Origin: Bacteroidaceae bacterium
GTDB lineage: Bacteria; Bacteroidota; Bacteroidia; Bacteroidales; Bacteroidaceae
NCBI GenBank assembly: GCA_017542145.1
Contig: JAFXXQ010000019.1
Coordinates: 4,669 to 68,668, forward strand
Direction: 5' to 3'
DNA: 64,000 nt
The notes beneath the pieces are model-generated. The model saw only the letters and a list, made by a program, of their open reading frames with translations, was not told the origin of the DNA and did no database searches. Positions 8,579 to 18,491 of this stretch are shown here, in pieces. Each line of letters starts with the position of its first letter. The stretch's first letter is position 1. A program made the position numbers and the translations under genes.

Positions 8579-9340
8579 TCAAGGGCGGGTTTCACCTTCG
8601 AGGTAGCGTTGAAGAACGAGCCGTTCGCCGTCGAAGGTGGCAAAGGTAAACTTGTCCACCCAATCGCCGAGTATCAGCATCTGACATTCATCGCCGAGAG
8701 GGAGGTCAAGTTCGATATGGCGATGGCCATAGAGGAAGTAGTTGATTTCCGGATGGCTTTTCAGGTAATTCTTTGAATAGACCACCAGCGGCTCGTTCTC
8801 CTCGCCCTTGTACTCGGGTTGTCCTTCACGCTCGTGCTTGCGACGGCTGTTGGCAGCCCACGTCAGGCCTAAGCGCACGCTCCAGTCGGGATGCAGCAGG
8901 TAGAACGCCCGTTGGCACAGACGGCTGTGGAATACACGACGGAGAAAGCGGAATTTCTTGTCACCCTCATCGCCCAATCCGTCACCATGAGCCATGTAGA
9001 ACACTTTGCCCTCAATCTCCACGGTATAGGGTTTGTAGTGCATGATGACGCCGCACTCGCGCTTCAAGTAGTTATGACACCAGATGTCGTGATTGCCGAT
9101 GAAGAAATGAACTTCAACGCCTCTGTCGGTCAGTTCGGCTATCTTGCCAAGGAAACGGACGTGTCCCTTGGGCACCACGTAGCGGTATTCAAACCAATAG
9201 TCGAACATATCGCCCAGCAAATAGACGGCCGAAGCCTTCGTCTTGATGCTGTCAAGAAATCGCACTAAACGACGTTCTCTTGTGCGATTCCAGCGAAGGG
9301 CACGGCAGCCAAGGTGTGCATCAGAAAGAAAGTATATCAT
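8579..9340 (-). CDS. lpxH: UDP-2,3-diacylglucosamine diphosphatase
   Basis: Calcineurin-like metallophosphatase motifs: MIYFLSDAHLG, LLGDMFD, GNHD, GHRH. Confidence 0.85.
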   Translation of the reverse strand: MIYFLSDAHLGCRALRWNRTRERRLVRFLDSIKTKASAVYLLGDMFDYWFEYRYVVPKGHVRFLGKIAELTDRGVEVHFFIGNHDIWCHNYLKRECGVIMHYKPYTVEIEGKVFYMAHGDGLGDEGDKKFRFLRRVFHSRLCQRAFYLLHPDWSVRLGLTWAANSRRKHEREGQPEYKGEENEPLVVYSKNYLKSHPEINYFLYGHRHIELDLPLGDECQMLILGDWVDKFTFATFDGERLVLQRYLEGETRP

Positions 9341-9355
9341 AAGCTTACATTTTTC

Positions 9356-9682
9356 TCATTCCACATCAAAGCCGAGTTCCAATTTGGCTTCGTCGCTCAT
9401 CATGTCCTTATCCCACTCGGGCTCAAATACAAGGTTTACCGTAGCCGATGCAACGCCGTTGACGCCTTCTACGCGCAAGCGGACATCTTCCATAATAAAA
9501 TCGGCTGCCGGACAATTGGGCGCCGTGAGAGTCATGTCTATCTCTACGCGGGCATCAGCCATCACCTCGATGCGGTAAATCAGCCCCAGGTCGTAGATAT
9601 TGACAGGGATTTCTGGATCAAAGACGGTCTTCAGCACCTCAACGATGCGTTCTTCCAAAAGATATTTTTCTTCTTCTGACAT
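9356..9682 (-). CDS. DUF59/SufT-like Fe-S assembly protein
   Basis: VFDPEIPVNIYDLGLIY motif. Start at ATG 9682 (MSEEEKYLLEE), which avoids overlap with radC. Confidence 0.75.
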   Translation of the reverse strand: MSEEEKYLLEERIVEVLKTVFDPEIPVNIYDLGLIYRIEVMADARVEIDMTLTAPNCPAADFIMEDVRLRVEGVNGVASATVNLVFEPEWDKDMMSDEAKLELGFDVE

Positions 9683-9686
9683 AGTT

Positions 9687-10373
9687 CTATATTCTTCCTT
9701 CGTCGGCGTAGCTGTAGTAGCCCGATGTAGTAAAAATGACATGGTCGAACAGCCGAATATTCATCAGGCTTGCTGCTTCCCTGACTTTCTGGGTAAGCTG
9801 GTCATCCTGACGGCTGGGACGGAGGCTGCCGCCGGGATGATTGTGACAGAGGATAAAACTGGAAGCCTTGTTGATAAGCGCCTCCCGAAGGACAACACGC
9901 ACGTCGACCAACGTTTCGGAAAGCCCGCCCTTGCCGATGAGCGAATTCTTGATGACTCGCGATGCCTGATTGAGCAAAAGGGCGTAGCTGTATTCGGCTG
10001 CCTCGTCACAGAGAAGCGGGTAATAATACTCATACACCTGCTGTGCCGACTTGATGACAGGCTGCTCCGTGCGGTCCATGACGCGACGGTTGCCAAGCTC
10101 ACACGCAGCAAGAATACTGATGGCCTTCGCCGGACCAATGCCAGGATATTCCACCAGTTCCTCCATAGACATCCGCCCCAAGCGAACCAAGCTGTCGCCG
10201 CAAGCCTTCATCACCCTCTGCATAAGCGCCACAGCATTCTCTTCCGTATTGCCTGAGCCGATGAGGATAGCCAGCAACTCAGCATTGGAAAGCGCAGCTG
10301 CACCGTGACACATCATTTTTTCGCGCGGGCGGTCATCTTTGGCCCACTGGTTAATGTTCAGTTTCTCACTCAT
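9687..10373 (-). CDS. radC: RadC-family JAMM-motif protein
   Basis: N-terminal helix-hairpin-helix region ELLAILIGSG and JAMM motif HNHPGGSLRPSRQD. Confidence 0.85.
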   Translation of the reverse strand: MSEKLNINQWAKDDRPREKMMCHGAAALSNAELLAILIGSGNTEENAVALMQRVMKACGDSLVRLGRMSMEELVEYPGIGPAKAISILAACELGNRRVMDRTEQPVIKSAQQVYEYYYPLLCDEAAEYSYALLLNQASRVIKNSLIGKGGLSETLVDVRVVLREALINKASSFILCHNHPGGSLRPSRQDDQLTQKVREAASLMNIRLFDHVIFTTSGYYSYADEGRI

Positions 10374-10443
10374 CCTCTCGGGGGACAAATCAAGCCTTGT
10401 TTCCGAAAAAACAAGGCTCGTTTTCTTGCATGAAGCCAGTCGG

Positions 10444-11010
10444 TTACGCTTTTACACGCCCGACATAAGAGCCGTCGCGGGTGTCAATCTCAACGAACTC
10501 TCCTTCGTTAATAAACAAAGGAACGCGCACTTCGGTGCCGGTTTCCAACTTGGCAGGCTTCAGCGTGTTGGTAGCGGTATCGCCCTTTAAGCCCGGCTCG
10601 GTATAAGTTACCTGAAGCACCACCTTGATGGGAAGTTCGCCAAAGAGCACATCGCCCGTTGTGGCATTGGTAACGACCTCAATTTCCATTCCCTCTTTCA
10701 GGTATTCCACGCCGGTGATGACATCGCCGTTGAGGGTGATTTGCTCGAAGGTTTCCTGATTCATTAGCACGTAGCCCATATCATCCTTGTAGAGATACTG
10801 ATAGGGACGGCGCTCGACGCGGACGTCGTTTAGTTTGAAACCAATCTGGAACGTGCGCTCCAGCACACGGCCGTTGACAACGTTTTTCAGCTTTGTGCGA
10901 ACGAAGGTGTTACCCTTTCCGGGCTTCACGTGCAGGAAGTCGATGCAGAAATAGAGTTGGCCCTCCAGGTCGATACAAGTGCCGATTTTAATGTCTTGAC
11001 AAAGGATCAT
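10444..11010 (-). CDS. efp: elongation factor P
   Basis: Full-length EF-P, including [19 protein letters not shown]. Confidence 0.95.
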   Translation of the reverse strand: MILCQDIKIGTCIDLEGQLYFCIDFLHVKPGKGNTFVRTKLKNVVNGRVLERTFQIGFKLNDVRVERRPYQYLYKDDMGYVLMNQETFEQITLNGDVITGVEYLKEGMEIEVVTNATTGDVLFGELPIKVVLQVTYTEPGLKGDTATNTLKPAKLETGTEVRVPLFINEGEFVEIDTRDGSYVGRVKA

Positions 11011-11118
11011 AATTTATCGTTTTTAATTGTTAATGATAGGTTCATTTCTGAAAACGGCTACAAAAATAGGCCATTTGAAGGAAAAAACCAAAAAAAACGC
11101 GAAAAAATCGCATCGATT

Positions 11119-11150
11119 CTTGGCTATTCCAAAAAAAGACTCTAATTTTG
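11119..11150 (+). promoter_or_regulatory. candidate promoter of rpmH
   Basis: cTTG, 20 nt, TAatTTTG (11143-11150), 48 nt upstream of the rpmH ATG. Confidence 0.45.
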
Positions 11151-11197
11151 CAGCCCAAATTAAGGAATCGAGAGAACAAACATCAAACGATAAGAAT

Positions 11198-11365
11198 ATG
11201 AAAAGGACATTTCAGCCCTCTCTGAGAAAGAGAAAAAACAAACACGGATTCCGTGAGAGAATGGCCACCGCTAACGGTCGCCGAGTACTGGCCGCACGTC
11301 GCGCCAAAGGCCGCAAGAAACTGACTATTTCCGACGAATTCAACGGAGTACGTAACAAGAAGTAA
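11198..11365 (+). CDS. rpmH: 50S ribosomal protein L34
   Basis: [42 protein letters not shown]. Confidence 0.9.
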   Translation: MKRTFQPSLRKRKNKHGFRERMATANGRRVLAARRAKGRKKLTISDEFNGVRNKK

Positions 11366-11482
11366 GCCGCAAGGCGCCCTCCCGCAGGGGTATTGGAAAG
11401 AGGAAGTAATGGTTTTTTTCGGGCCGTTACTTCTTTTTTTATAAAAAAACGTGTACCTTTGCTCCCCCATTTACACAACAAT

Positions 11483-12094
11483 ATGAAGGAAAAGGAAAAA
11501 GAAAAGAACAAAAAGCCCATGACACGCAGCATGTTCTGGATTAACATCGCAGTCATGTTGCTGGTCGTCGTGCTGGCCATTTTTCTAACACTCCGTTGGA
11601 TAGACAGCTACACGCAACACGGCAAAGCCATTCTAGTGCCCGATGTCACCGGTATCGACGAATCTGATGCCATTGCCGCCTTACAGGCAAAAAAACTGAA
11701 AGGTGTCTCCTACGACAAAACGTATGTCAAGGATGTACCTGCAGGCGTAGTTGTAGCCCAACGCCCCGAGGCAGATGCCAAGGTAAAGCGCGGACGCGCC
11801 ATCTATCTGACACTTAGCTCTGGCAACGAGCCGATGGTTGCCCTGCCTGATATTGCTGACAACAGCTCGCTGCGCCAAGCTTCGTCGCAGCTCCGTGCTG
11901 CCGGATTCACCCTTACGCCCAACGACACCATCCGAGGCGAAATCGATTGGGTCTATAAAGTGCGATACAACGGACAGGAAGTACACGGCGGAGACCTCAT
12001 ACCTGAGGGCGCAGCCATTACCCTTGTCGTCGGCAACGGCGAAAAGGAACCGGAGAATATACCCGAGCCTGTAGTCGACGATGACTGGTTTTGA
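11483..12094 (+). CDS. PASTA-domain membrane protein
   Basis: TM helix WINIAVMLLVVVLAIFL followed by PASTA-like repeats (VPDVTG..., LPDIADN...). TAccTTTG box at 11454-11461. Confidence 0.75.
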   Translation: MKEKEKEKNKKPMTRSMFWINIAVMLLVVVLAIFLTLRWIDSYTQHGKAILVPDVTGIDESDAIAALQAKKLKGVSYDKTYVKDVPAGVVVAQRPEADAKVKRGRAIYLTLSSGNEPMVALPDIADNSSLRQASSQLRAAGFTLTPNDTIRGEIDWVYKVRYNGQEVHGGDLIPEGAAITLVVGNGEKEPENIPEPVVDDDWF

Positions 12095-13187
12095 CGACAC
12101 CGATGATGAGCTCCTGGCAGCAGGGTTGCTGCCAGAAAGCCCTGATGAGCTCCTCAACGACGACAGCGATGCCCTCGATGAGGACACAGGGCTTTTCGAA
12201 CATTATCGCTTGACTGTCGATAAAGGACAAGAACAGGTACGCATCGACAAATACCTCTTTACCCACATCCCAGGCACTTCGCGCAACCGCATTCAGAAGG
12301 CAGCTGAGGCAGGGCTTATCCGCGTCGACAGCAAGCCTGTCAAAAGCAACTACCGCATAAAGCCTTGCGACGTCATCACCATCATGATGGATCGTCCACG
12401 CTACGCAGGCGACATCGAGCCAGAGGACATTCCATTAGATATTGTCTATGAAGACGACGACCTCATGGTCATCAACAAACCGGCGGGTATGTGTGTCCAT
12501 CCTGGCGTTGGGAACTGGGAAGGAACGCTTGTGAACGCCATTGCCTGGCACCTGAAGGACAACCCTGACTACGACCCCAACAACCCTGAAGTAGGACTCG
12601 TGCACCGCATCGATAAGGATACCAGCGGCTTGCTTGTCGTGGCGAAAACAGCCGATGCCAAGACATCGCTCGGTCTACAGTTCTTCAACAAGACGACCCA
12701 CCGCCAATACAATGCCCTCGTCTGGGGGTTAATAGACGAAGAGACCGGTACCGTCACGACCCAGATTGCCCGCGACATCCATGACCGCCAGCGCTTTGCC
12801 TGCTACAGCGACCCATCTATCGGCAAGCATGCAATCACCCACTATACTGTGCTTGAACGCCTTGGCTACGTCACCCTCGTGCAATGCCAACTTGAGACTG
12901 GGCGTACCCATCAGATTCGTGTCCACATGAAGCACATCGGCCATCCGCTCTTTAACGACGAACGCTATGGGGGCAACGAGATACTGAAGGGCACGCCCTC
13001 TGGCAGCTACCGCCAGTTTGTACAGGGGTGCTTCGATGTGTGTCCCCGTCAGGCGCTCCATGCACGTACACTCGGTTTTGTCCATCCCCGTACTGGTGAT
13101 GAGTTGTTCTTTAACTCCGAACTACCTCCTGACATGACAAATCTCCTCAATCGCTGGAGGAACTACATTTCTCACAGAACGCTCTAA
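12081..13187 (+). CDS. rluD: RluA/RluD-family 23S rRNA pseudouridine synthase
   Basis: S4-like N-terminal region plus catalytic HRIDKDTSGLLVVAK motif. Confidence 0.85.
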   Translation: MTGFDDTDDELLAAGLLPESPDELLNDDSDALDEDTGLFEHYRLTVDKGQEQVRIDKYLFTHIPGTSRNRIQKAAEAGLIRVDSKPVKSNYRIKPCDVITIMMDRPRYAGDIEPEDIPLDIVYEDDDLMVINKPAGMCVHPGVGNWEGTLVNAIAWHLKDNPDYDPNNPEVGLVHRIDKDTSGLLVVAKTADAKTSLGLQFFNKTTHRQYNALVWGLIDEETGTVTTQIARDIHDRQRFACYSDPSIGKHAITHYTVLERLGYVTLVQCQLETGRTHQIRVHMKHIGHPLFNDERYGGNEILKGTPSGSYRQFVQGCFDVCPRQALHARTLGFVHPRTGDELFFNSELPPDMTNLLNRWRNYISHRTL

Positions 13188-13226
13188 AAATCTGAATATT
13201 CTAAAAACCGATAAACCTTTCCCCAT

Positions 13227-14204
13227 ATGAAACGAACTATTGCCATTATAGCAGGAGGAGACTCCTCCGAATATCAGGTTTCCCTCCGTTCTGCCGAGGG
13301 CCTCAAATCATTCATGGATCAAGAGCGTTACGACCTATGGACAGTTGTTCTCCATGGCACCGATTGGCACGTCAATCTCCCCGACGGTAACACAGCCCCC
13401 ATCGACCGTAACGACTTCGGCTTTGACTTCGGCAGTCGTCACATTTGCTTTGACTATGCTTATATTACCATCCACGGCACACCGGGCGAAAACGGTCTGC
13501 TCGAAAGTTACTTCGAACTCATCCACCTCCCTTACTCCACTTGCTCACCGCTCATTTCGGCCATGACATTCAACAAGTTCGTCCTCAACCAATACTTGCG
13601 TGGTTTTGGCGTACGTGTAGCAGAGTCACTCACACTTCGCAAAGGCAGTGCCATTACCGACGATGACATTATTGAGCGCATCGGGCTGCCCTGTTTCATC
13701 AAGCCCACGTGTGGCGGCAGCAGTTTCGGCACCACCAAGGTCAAGACACGCGAACAGATTCAGCCTGCTATTGCCGAGGCGCTTAAAGAAGCCGACGAGG
13801 TGATGGTGGAAGCCTTCATGGAGGGTACTGAAATCACCTGCGGCTGTTACAAAACCCGTAAGAACAGCGTCGTTTTCCCTATTACCGAAGTAGTCAGCGA
13901 GGATGAATTCTTCGACTATGATGCCAAATACAATGGCCGTGTTGCAGAAATCACTCCGGCCCGTATCCCCGAAGAGACTGCAGAGCGTGTCCGCAAGCTC
14001 ACCTCTGCCATTTACGACATCCTGCCCTGCCGCGGCATCATCCGCATCGACTACATCATCACCGAGGGCGGCAAGCTCAACCTCCTTGAAATCAATACTA
14101 CGCCCGGCATGACTGCCACCAGTTTCATTCCCCAGCAGGTGCGTGCAGCCGGACTCGACATCAAGGACGTCCTCACCGACATCATCGAAGACTCTTTCAA
14201 TTAA
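13227..14204 (+). CDS. ddl: D-alanine--D-alanine ligase
   Basis: ATP-grasp Ddl layout: KRTIAIIAGGDSSEYQVSLRSA ... LLEINTTPGMT. Confidence 0.9.
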   Translation: MKRTIAIIAGGDSSEYQVSLRSAEGLKSFMDQERYDLWTVVLHGTDWHVNLPDGNTAPIDRNDFGFDFGSRHICFDYAYITIHGTPGENGLLESYFELIHLPYSTCSPLISAMTFNKFVLNQYLRGFGVRVAESLTLRKGSAITDDDIIERIGLPCFIKPTCGGSSFGTTKVKTREQIQPAIAEALKEADEVMVEAFMEGTEITCGCYKTRKNSVVFPITEVVSEDEFFDYDAKYNGRVAEITPARIPEETAERVRKLTSAIYDILPCRGIIRIDYIITEGGKLNLLEINTTPGMTATSFIPQQVRAAGLDIKDVLTDIIEDSFN

Positions 14205-14216
14205 TAATTGGGCCAG

Positions 14217-14281
14217 GAGTTAGAGGTTAGGGGTTAGGGTACGCAGCTAACTATGAACAATGAATTATGAACTATGAACTA
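14217..14281. repeat. word-like tandem tracts (GTTAGRG heptamers; ATGAACTA octamers)
   Basis: gagttagaggttaggggttaggg, then aactatgaacaatgaattatgaactatgaacta, between ddl and the acyltransferase gene. Confidence 0.7.
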
Positions 14282-14284
14282 AAT

Positions 14285-15472
14285 ATGATTGACTTTACGG
14301 ATATGCGGCCCTTTGAGCCGAATGAATTACCTGCAGCCTACGAGGAGTTGCTCGCCGACGCCACTTTCCAGCGCGTCGTTTCTTCCGTTTTTCCCGACAT
14401 TCCTCTCGAGCACATCGCTCATACCATGCGCGGTTGCCGTACATGCATGGAGTTTCAGGCTGCTTTTTGCAAGCCTTTCCTCAAAGGTCTCGTGGCCCGC
14501 TACGCAACGGACCTCACGGGTGATTTCTCTGCAGTCAATCCCACCCCAGAGCGACAGAATTACACTTACATCAGCAATCACCGTGACATCGTCCTTGACT
14601 CCGGCTTGCTGGATCTGCTGCTTATCGAGAAAGATCTTTCCACCGTTGAAATTGCCATCGGCGACAACCTCCTCATCTATCCCTGGATAAAAACGCTCGT
14701 ACGCATCAACCGCAGTTTCATCGTTACCCGCTCAGGCGGTATCCGTGATATTCTCCAAGCCAGCCAGCGGCTCTCTGCCTACATGCATTATGCCTCTGGC
14801 GTCAAACAGGTACCCATCTGGATTGCCCAGCGCGAAGGGCGCTCAAAAGACTCGTCGGACGAGACGCAGGAGAGTCTGCTCAAAATGTTCGTCATTTCCG
14901 GCACAGGCACCAACCGCGAGCGGCTGAAAGACATCAACCTCACCCCACTCGCCATCAGCTACGAGTACGACCCTTGCGACTATCTGAAGGCGCAGGAGTT
15001 CCAGCTGAAGCGCGACATCCTGGGCTGGCATAAGTCACAGGCCGATGACCTCCTCAACATGCGCACCGGCATCTTCGGCTGGAAGGGACATATCCACTAT
15101 CAGGCTGCGCCCTGCATCAACGCGTTCCTTGACACGCTACCCGACGACATGCCGAAACCCGACTTCTTCGCTGCCGTAGCTCGCCATATCGACATGGCCA
15201 TCTACAGCGGCTACCGTCTCTACCCTGCCAACTACATCGCCCTCGACCTCCTTGATGAAAGTCGGCAAGCGGGAGAGTCAACGAATGAAGGACGGAATCA
15301 GACAGGCGGACATGTTCATTATACTCCCGCTGAACGCGAAGCTTTTGAGGCCTACCTTGAAGATCAGATAGCCAAAGTCCAGATTGAGCGTCCCGATATC
15401 CCCTTCCTGCGTCGCAAGATGCTGGAGATGTACGCCAACCCCGCCATCCACCAACTCAGCGTAAAAGGATAG
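14285..15472 (+). CDS. PlsC-like acyltransferase (HX4D)
   Basis: NHRDIVLD (HX4D) motif. ATG 14285 (MIDFTD...) preferred, because ATG 14267 lies inside the ATGAACTA repeat tract. Confidence 0.7.
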   Translation: MIDFTDMRPFEPNELPAAYEELLADATFQRVVSSVFPDIPLEHIAHTMRGCRTCMEFQAAFCKPFLKGLVARYATDLTGDFSAVNPTPERQNYTYISNHRDIVLDSGLLDLLLIEKDLSTVEIAIGDNLLIYPWIKTLVRINRSFIVTRSGGIRDILQASQRLSAYMHYASGVKQVPIWIAQREGRSKDSSDETQESLLKMFVISGTGTNRERLKDINLTPLAISYEYDPCDYLKAQEFQLKRDILGWHKSQADDLLNMRTGIFGWKGHIHYQAAPCINAFLDTLPDDMPKPDFFAAVARHIDMAIYSGYRLYPANYIALDLLDESRQAGESTNEGRNQTGGHVHYTPAEREAFEAYLEDQIAKVQIERPDIPFLRRKMLEMYANPAIHQLSVKG

Positions 15473-15487
15473 GAACAAACGTCTGTC

Positions 15488-16369
15488 CTATTTTCTCAAG
15501 TGCTTTTGGTTTCCCTGGATGACGATGCCGCGCGTATCGTCCGTAGCAGGCATTCCATTTACACGATAGGCCTGTCCATTTTGTTGCGTGGCTGGCTTGA
15601 CGGGCGACATGCCAACGGCGCCCTTCTTCGCAGCAAACTCAGCACGTGCCTTCTTCATCTGTTCTAGAAAAGCCTCGCTGGTGTGCAGCTTGGCATAGGC
15701 AACCGACGCAACCAGACGTCCGGCATCCACATCGCTCTGCCAATGGGCGCCCACGATGACACGGCTCTCGCCGTACATATAGCCGCGGGCCATAATGGTG
15801 TCGGCACGGTCGGGATTGATTTCCGAAAGCAGCAAGGCCGCACTCCAGCCCAAAATGGTGTGGCCTGAGGGATAGGAGCCGTTCTTCGACAGAGATTCCT
15901 CGTCGTCGGGCGTCAGCGTATGCTCATTGAAGCGTATAAAGGGGCGCTTGCGCATGTAGTATTTCTTGGGGAACGTGCAGATGCTGTCGCAGGTGGCGGT
16001 ACCGTCGCGAAGCACACGGTAGATCTCAGGAGTATCCTCGAAGGAGATCTGCATGCCGAAGGGTTCGCTGAACTCGCGGATGATGCACTCCAGTCCATAT
16101 TCCGCATCGCGGATAGCAATGGCGCTACGCTCGGGGTCAAGGCGCATGGTCTTACCCCACATATACTGCATGATGTCGTGGGTGAACAGGGCACCGATGG
16201 TGTCGGGAGGCACAGGCAGGAACCGCAGCATGTCGGGCATGTCAGCCGTAGTAAAATAGGCCTGGACCGGCTCTTCGTCCTGAGCCACAATAGTCATAGC
16301 ACCGCAGAAGGTAAGGATGGCGACGAACATCCGCAGCCTGAACTGATTGGTGGATTTTGTTCTGTTCAT
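15488..16369 (-). CDS. class A acid phosphatase (PAP2 family)
   Basis: KKYYMRKRPF, YPSGHT, SRVIVGAHWQSD motifs. A TAtcTTTG box (16439-16432, minus strand) favours the internal ATG at 16369. Confidence 0.8.
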   Translation of the reverse strand: MNRTKSTNQFRLRMFVAILTFCGAMTIVAQDEEPVQAYFTTADMPDMLRFLPVPPDTIGALFTHDIMQYMWGKTMRLDPERSAIAIRDAEYGLECIIREFSEPFGMQISFEDTPEIYRVLRDGTATCDSICTFPKKYYMRKRPFIRFNEHTLTPDDEESLSKNGSYPSGHTILGWSAALLLSEINPDRADTIMARGYMYGESRVIVGAHWQSDVDAGRLVASVAYAKLHTSEAFLEQMKKARAEFAAKKGAVGMSPVKPATQQNGQAYRVNGMPATDDTRGIVIQGNQKHLRK

Positions 16370-16544
16370 AGTTTTATCGAATGAATGATTATCATCTTTA
16401 GGAATTCGTTCAAAGCTTTTCATTTTGGCTGCAAAGATACGGTTTTTTCTGCGAAGTGTCAAAATAACAATTAATATTTATCTATGACGCATAGAATATG
16501 CACTTTGCACGCACATGCTCCTCTTACCTTTATCTAAATCATAT

Positions 16545-16580
16545 AGCCAAGTCGCGACAGAAGAGGAGCGAAGCTCAACC
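16545..16580 (+). repeat. partial copy (W) of the TGCCGAGTCG/GAGCGAAGCTCAAC repeat family
   Basis: agccaagtcgcgacagaagaggagcgaagctcaacc. The 14-mer GAGCGAAGCTCAAC (16566-16579) recurs exactly at 26234-26247 and 31373-31386 (reverse strand). Confidence 0.6.
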
Positions 16581-16630
16581 TTTGTCTAAAACAGCCCCGC
16601 CCCGTCGGGGACTTTTGCGCTCCCCAAAAG

Positions 16631-18403
16631 TCAATAGAATTCTATATCGCCGTAGGCCATGCGCTCGCCGCTGGATAAGCGGTCGGCATCCAGTTTGAGG
16701 ATGCGAACCTTGGTAGCAGGGAAGCTTATGGTCTGCCAAATGGGATTGTTAACAATGTTTGAAAACTCGCCCGATGCAAGTTTCGTCCAATGGTTCCAGT
16801 CCGTGGATCCCCAAAGTGTGTAGTGAGTGATGGTGCCCTCGTTGGATTCCTGAGGAGGAAGGTAACGGAACGTAGTAAACGTCTGATCTGAATCCCAGTC
16901 TATGAGCATCTGACGAGGTCCGCTGAAAAAGATGTGGAGGGACGATGATTTCTTTTCTCCGCTGTCAGGGATGTCGGCAGTAAGATCCGGTGCGAGATAG
17001 ACACCTAACTTCTTGATGACAGGCTGTGCCTTCGAGTCGGTAATGGTAAAGCGGAGTTTTGTTGCTGTGACAGCAGGGAAACAGATGATGCGCCTGTGTC
17101 CGATAGTCGTCAGTCCATCGCCATGTTCCGCCAGTTCATCTTTGAGGGACTGCCACTCTCCATTGACGTATGCCTCCAAAGTAAACTTCTTCACACGCTG
17201 TCCCAAAGCGATATCCTCTTCAGCAAGAAAACGGTTGAAGGTTGTAGAGTGTCTGAAAGTAATGGTTGTTACACTCCCAATCCCCGACGCCTTTCCCTTG
17301 GAGGAAGACAATGGCTTCGTACGGATTTTAGCTTTATCGATAAGATTGTCCTTGAACACCTCGTCAATCATCTTTTTGAAAGCGATGCCACGAAGGCTGT
17401 CGTTAGGATGGATGCGTCCGTTTGGGGCAATGGGGAAGTTGAGGAGCAGCGTGGAGTTGCGTCCCACAGATTTATAATAGGTGTCCATCAGTTTCGAGAG
17501 GCTTTTCACGTGCTCGTTTTCCGTCTCATGATAGAACCAGCCCGGACGAATGCTGGTATTCGTTTCGCCAGGACACCACACATCGCCATCCTCCACACCG
17601 TAGTGCAGCATGTTCCACGAAGTGTCGCCCTCGCGATACATCAGGCTCCAATTGGTTTCGCCCACGTTGCCAGCCTCAGTACCCACCCAGCGCAGGTCTC
17701 CCCGGTCTCCGCCATCGTTCCATATCACGGCATGAGGTTGCAGTTCGCGAATCATGCGGAATGTCTCTGCCCATCCGTAGTAAGTCTTTCCATCGATGCG
17801 GCGCGTTTCGTTTGCCCCGCCATACCAACCGTCGCCGCCATTTGCCCCGTCGAACCACACCTCGAAGATATCGCCATACTGCGTCAGCAGCTCACGCAAC
17901 TGGTTACGAAAATACTCAACATACTCCGGACGACCATACTCAGGATGATTTCTGTCCCAGGGCGAAAGATAGACGGCAAGCTTCAGTCCCTCCTCGCGGC
18001 AGGCATCAGCTAATTCGTGCACGACATCGCCCTTCCCGTTCTTCCACGGCGCGTTCTTCACGCTATATTCCGTGTAGGCCGAGGGCCACATGCAGAAGCC
18101 ACAGTGATGCTTGGCGGTAAAGATGATGCCTTTCATACCCGCCTGTTTGCAGACACGTGCCCACTGTCGGCAGTCGAGGTCTGAGGGGTTAAACAGCTTC
18201 GGGTCTTCGTTGCCAAAGCCCCACTCCTGATCCGTGTAGGTATTCAGCGAGTAATGGATGAAGGCATACATCTCCATCTCTTGCCAACGCAGCTGGTTCT
18301 CGTTAGGGAGCGGACCATAGGAAGCCGGCTTCGTCACTTGTGCCATCATCGTAAATGCGGCGCTCAGCACCATTCCAATCACCATCAGGCGTTTCATCTT
18401 CAT
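16631..18403 (-). CDS. alpha-L-fucosidase (GH29) with C-terminal discoidin-like domains
   Basis: Signal peptide. GH29 blocks FTAKHHCGFCMWPS and VWFDGANGGDGWYGG. Start at ATG 18403 (MKMKRLMV). Confidence 0.85.
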   Translation of the reverse strand: MKMKRLMVIGMVLSAAFTMMAQVTKPASYGPLPNENQLRWQEMEMYAFIHYSLNTYTDQEWGFGNEDPKLFNPSDLDCRQWARVCKQAGMKGIIFTAKHHCGFCMWPSAYTEYSVKNAPWKNGKGDVVHELADACREEGLKLAVYLSPWDRNHPEYGRPEYVEYFRNQLRELLTQYGDIFEVWFDGANGGDGWYGGANETRRIDGKTYYGWAETFRMIRELQPHAVIWNDGGDRGDLRWVGTEAGNVGETNWSLMYREGDTSWNMLHYGVEDGDVWCPGETNTSIRPGWFYHETENEHVKSLSKLMDTYYKSVGRNSTLLLNFPIAPNGRIHPNDSLRGIAFKKMIDEVFKDNLIDKAKIRTKPLSSSKGKASGIGSVTTITFRHSTTFNRFLAEEDIALGQRVKKFTLEAYVNGEWQSLKDELAEHGDGLTTIGHRRIICFPAVTATKLRFTITDSKAQPVIKKLGVYLAPDLTADIPDSGEKKSSSLHIFFSGPRQMLIDWDSDQTFTTFRYLPPQESNEGTITHYTLWGSTDWNHWTKLASGEFSNIVNNPIWQTISFPATKVRILKLDADRLSSGERMAYGDIEFY

Positions 18404-18448
18404 GTACGTTTGGATTAGGAATGCAAAGAATAATCTTTTTTTGAATAC

Positions 18449-18480
18449 AAAAACCCTCACCTGTTTGCGGTGAGGGTTTT
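18449..18480 (-). terminator. intrinsic terminator downstream of rny
   Basis: AAAACCCTCAC-loop-GTGAGGGTTTT hairpin with flanking A/T runs. Confidence 0.6.
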
Positions 18481-18491
18481 GAGGAAGAGTG

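Noticed and set aside
16370-16462. N-terminal extension of the acid phosphatase ORF (TTG start at 16462)
   Set aside because: A TAtcTTTG promoter box lies inside it (16439-16432). The signal peptide begins after the internal Met at 16369.
16463-16630. Possible small RNA or riboswitch between the phosphatase and fucosidase genes
   Set aside because: Only weak hairpins and a partial repeat copy (W) are present; no recognisable conserved RNA motif.
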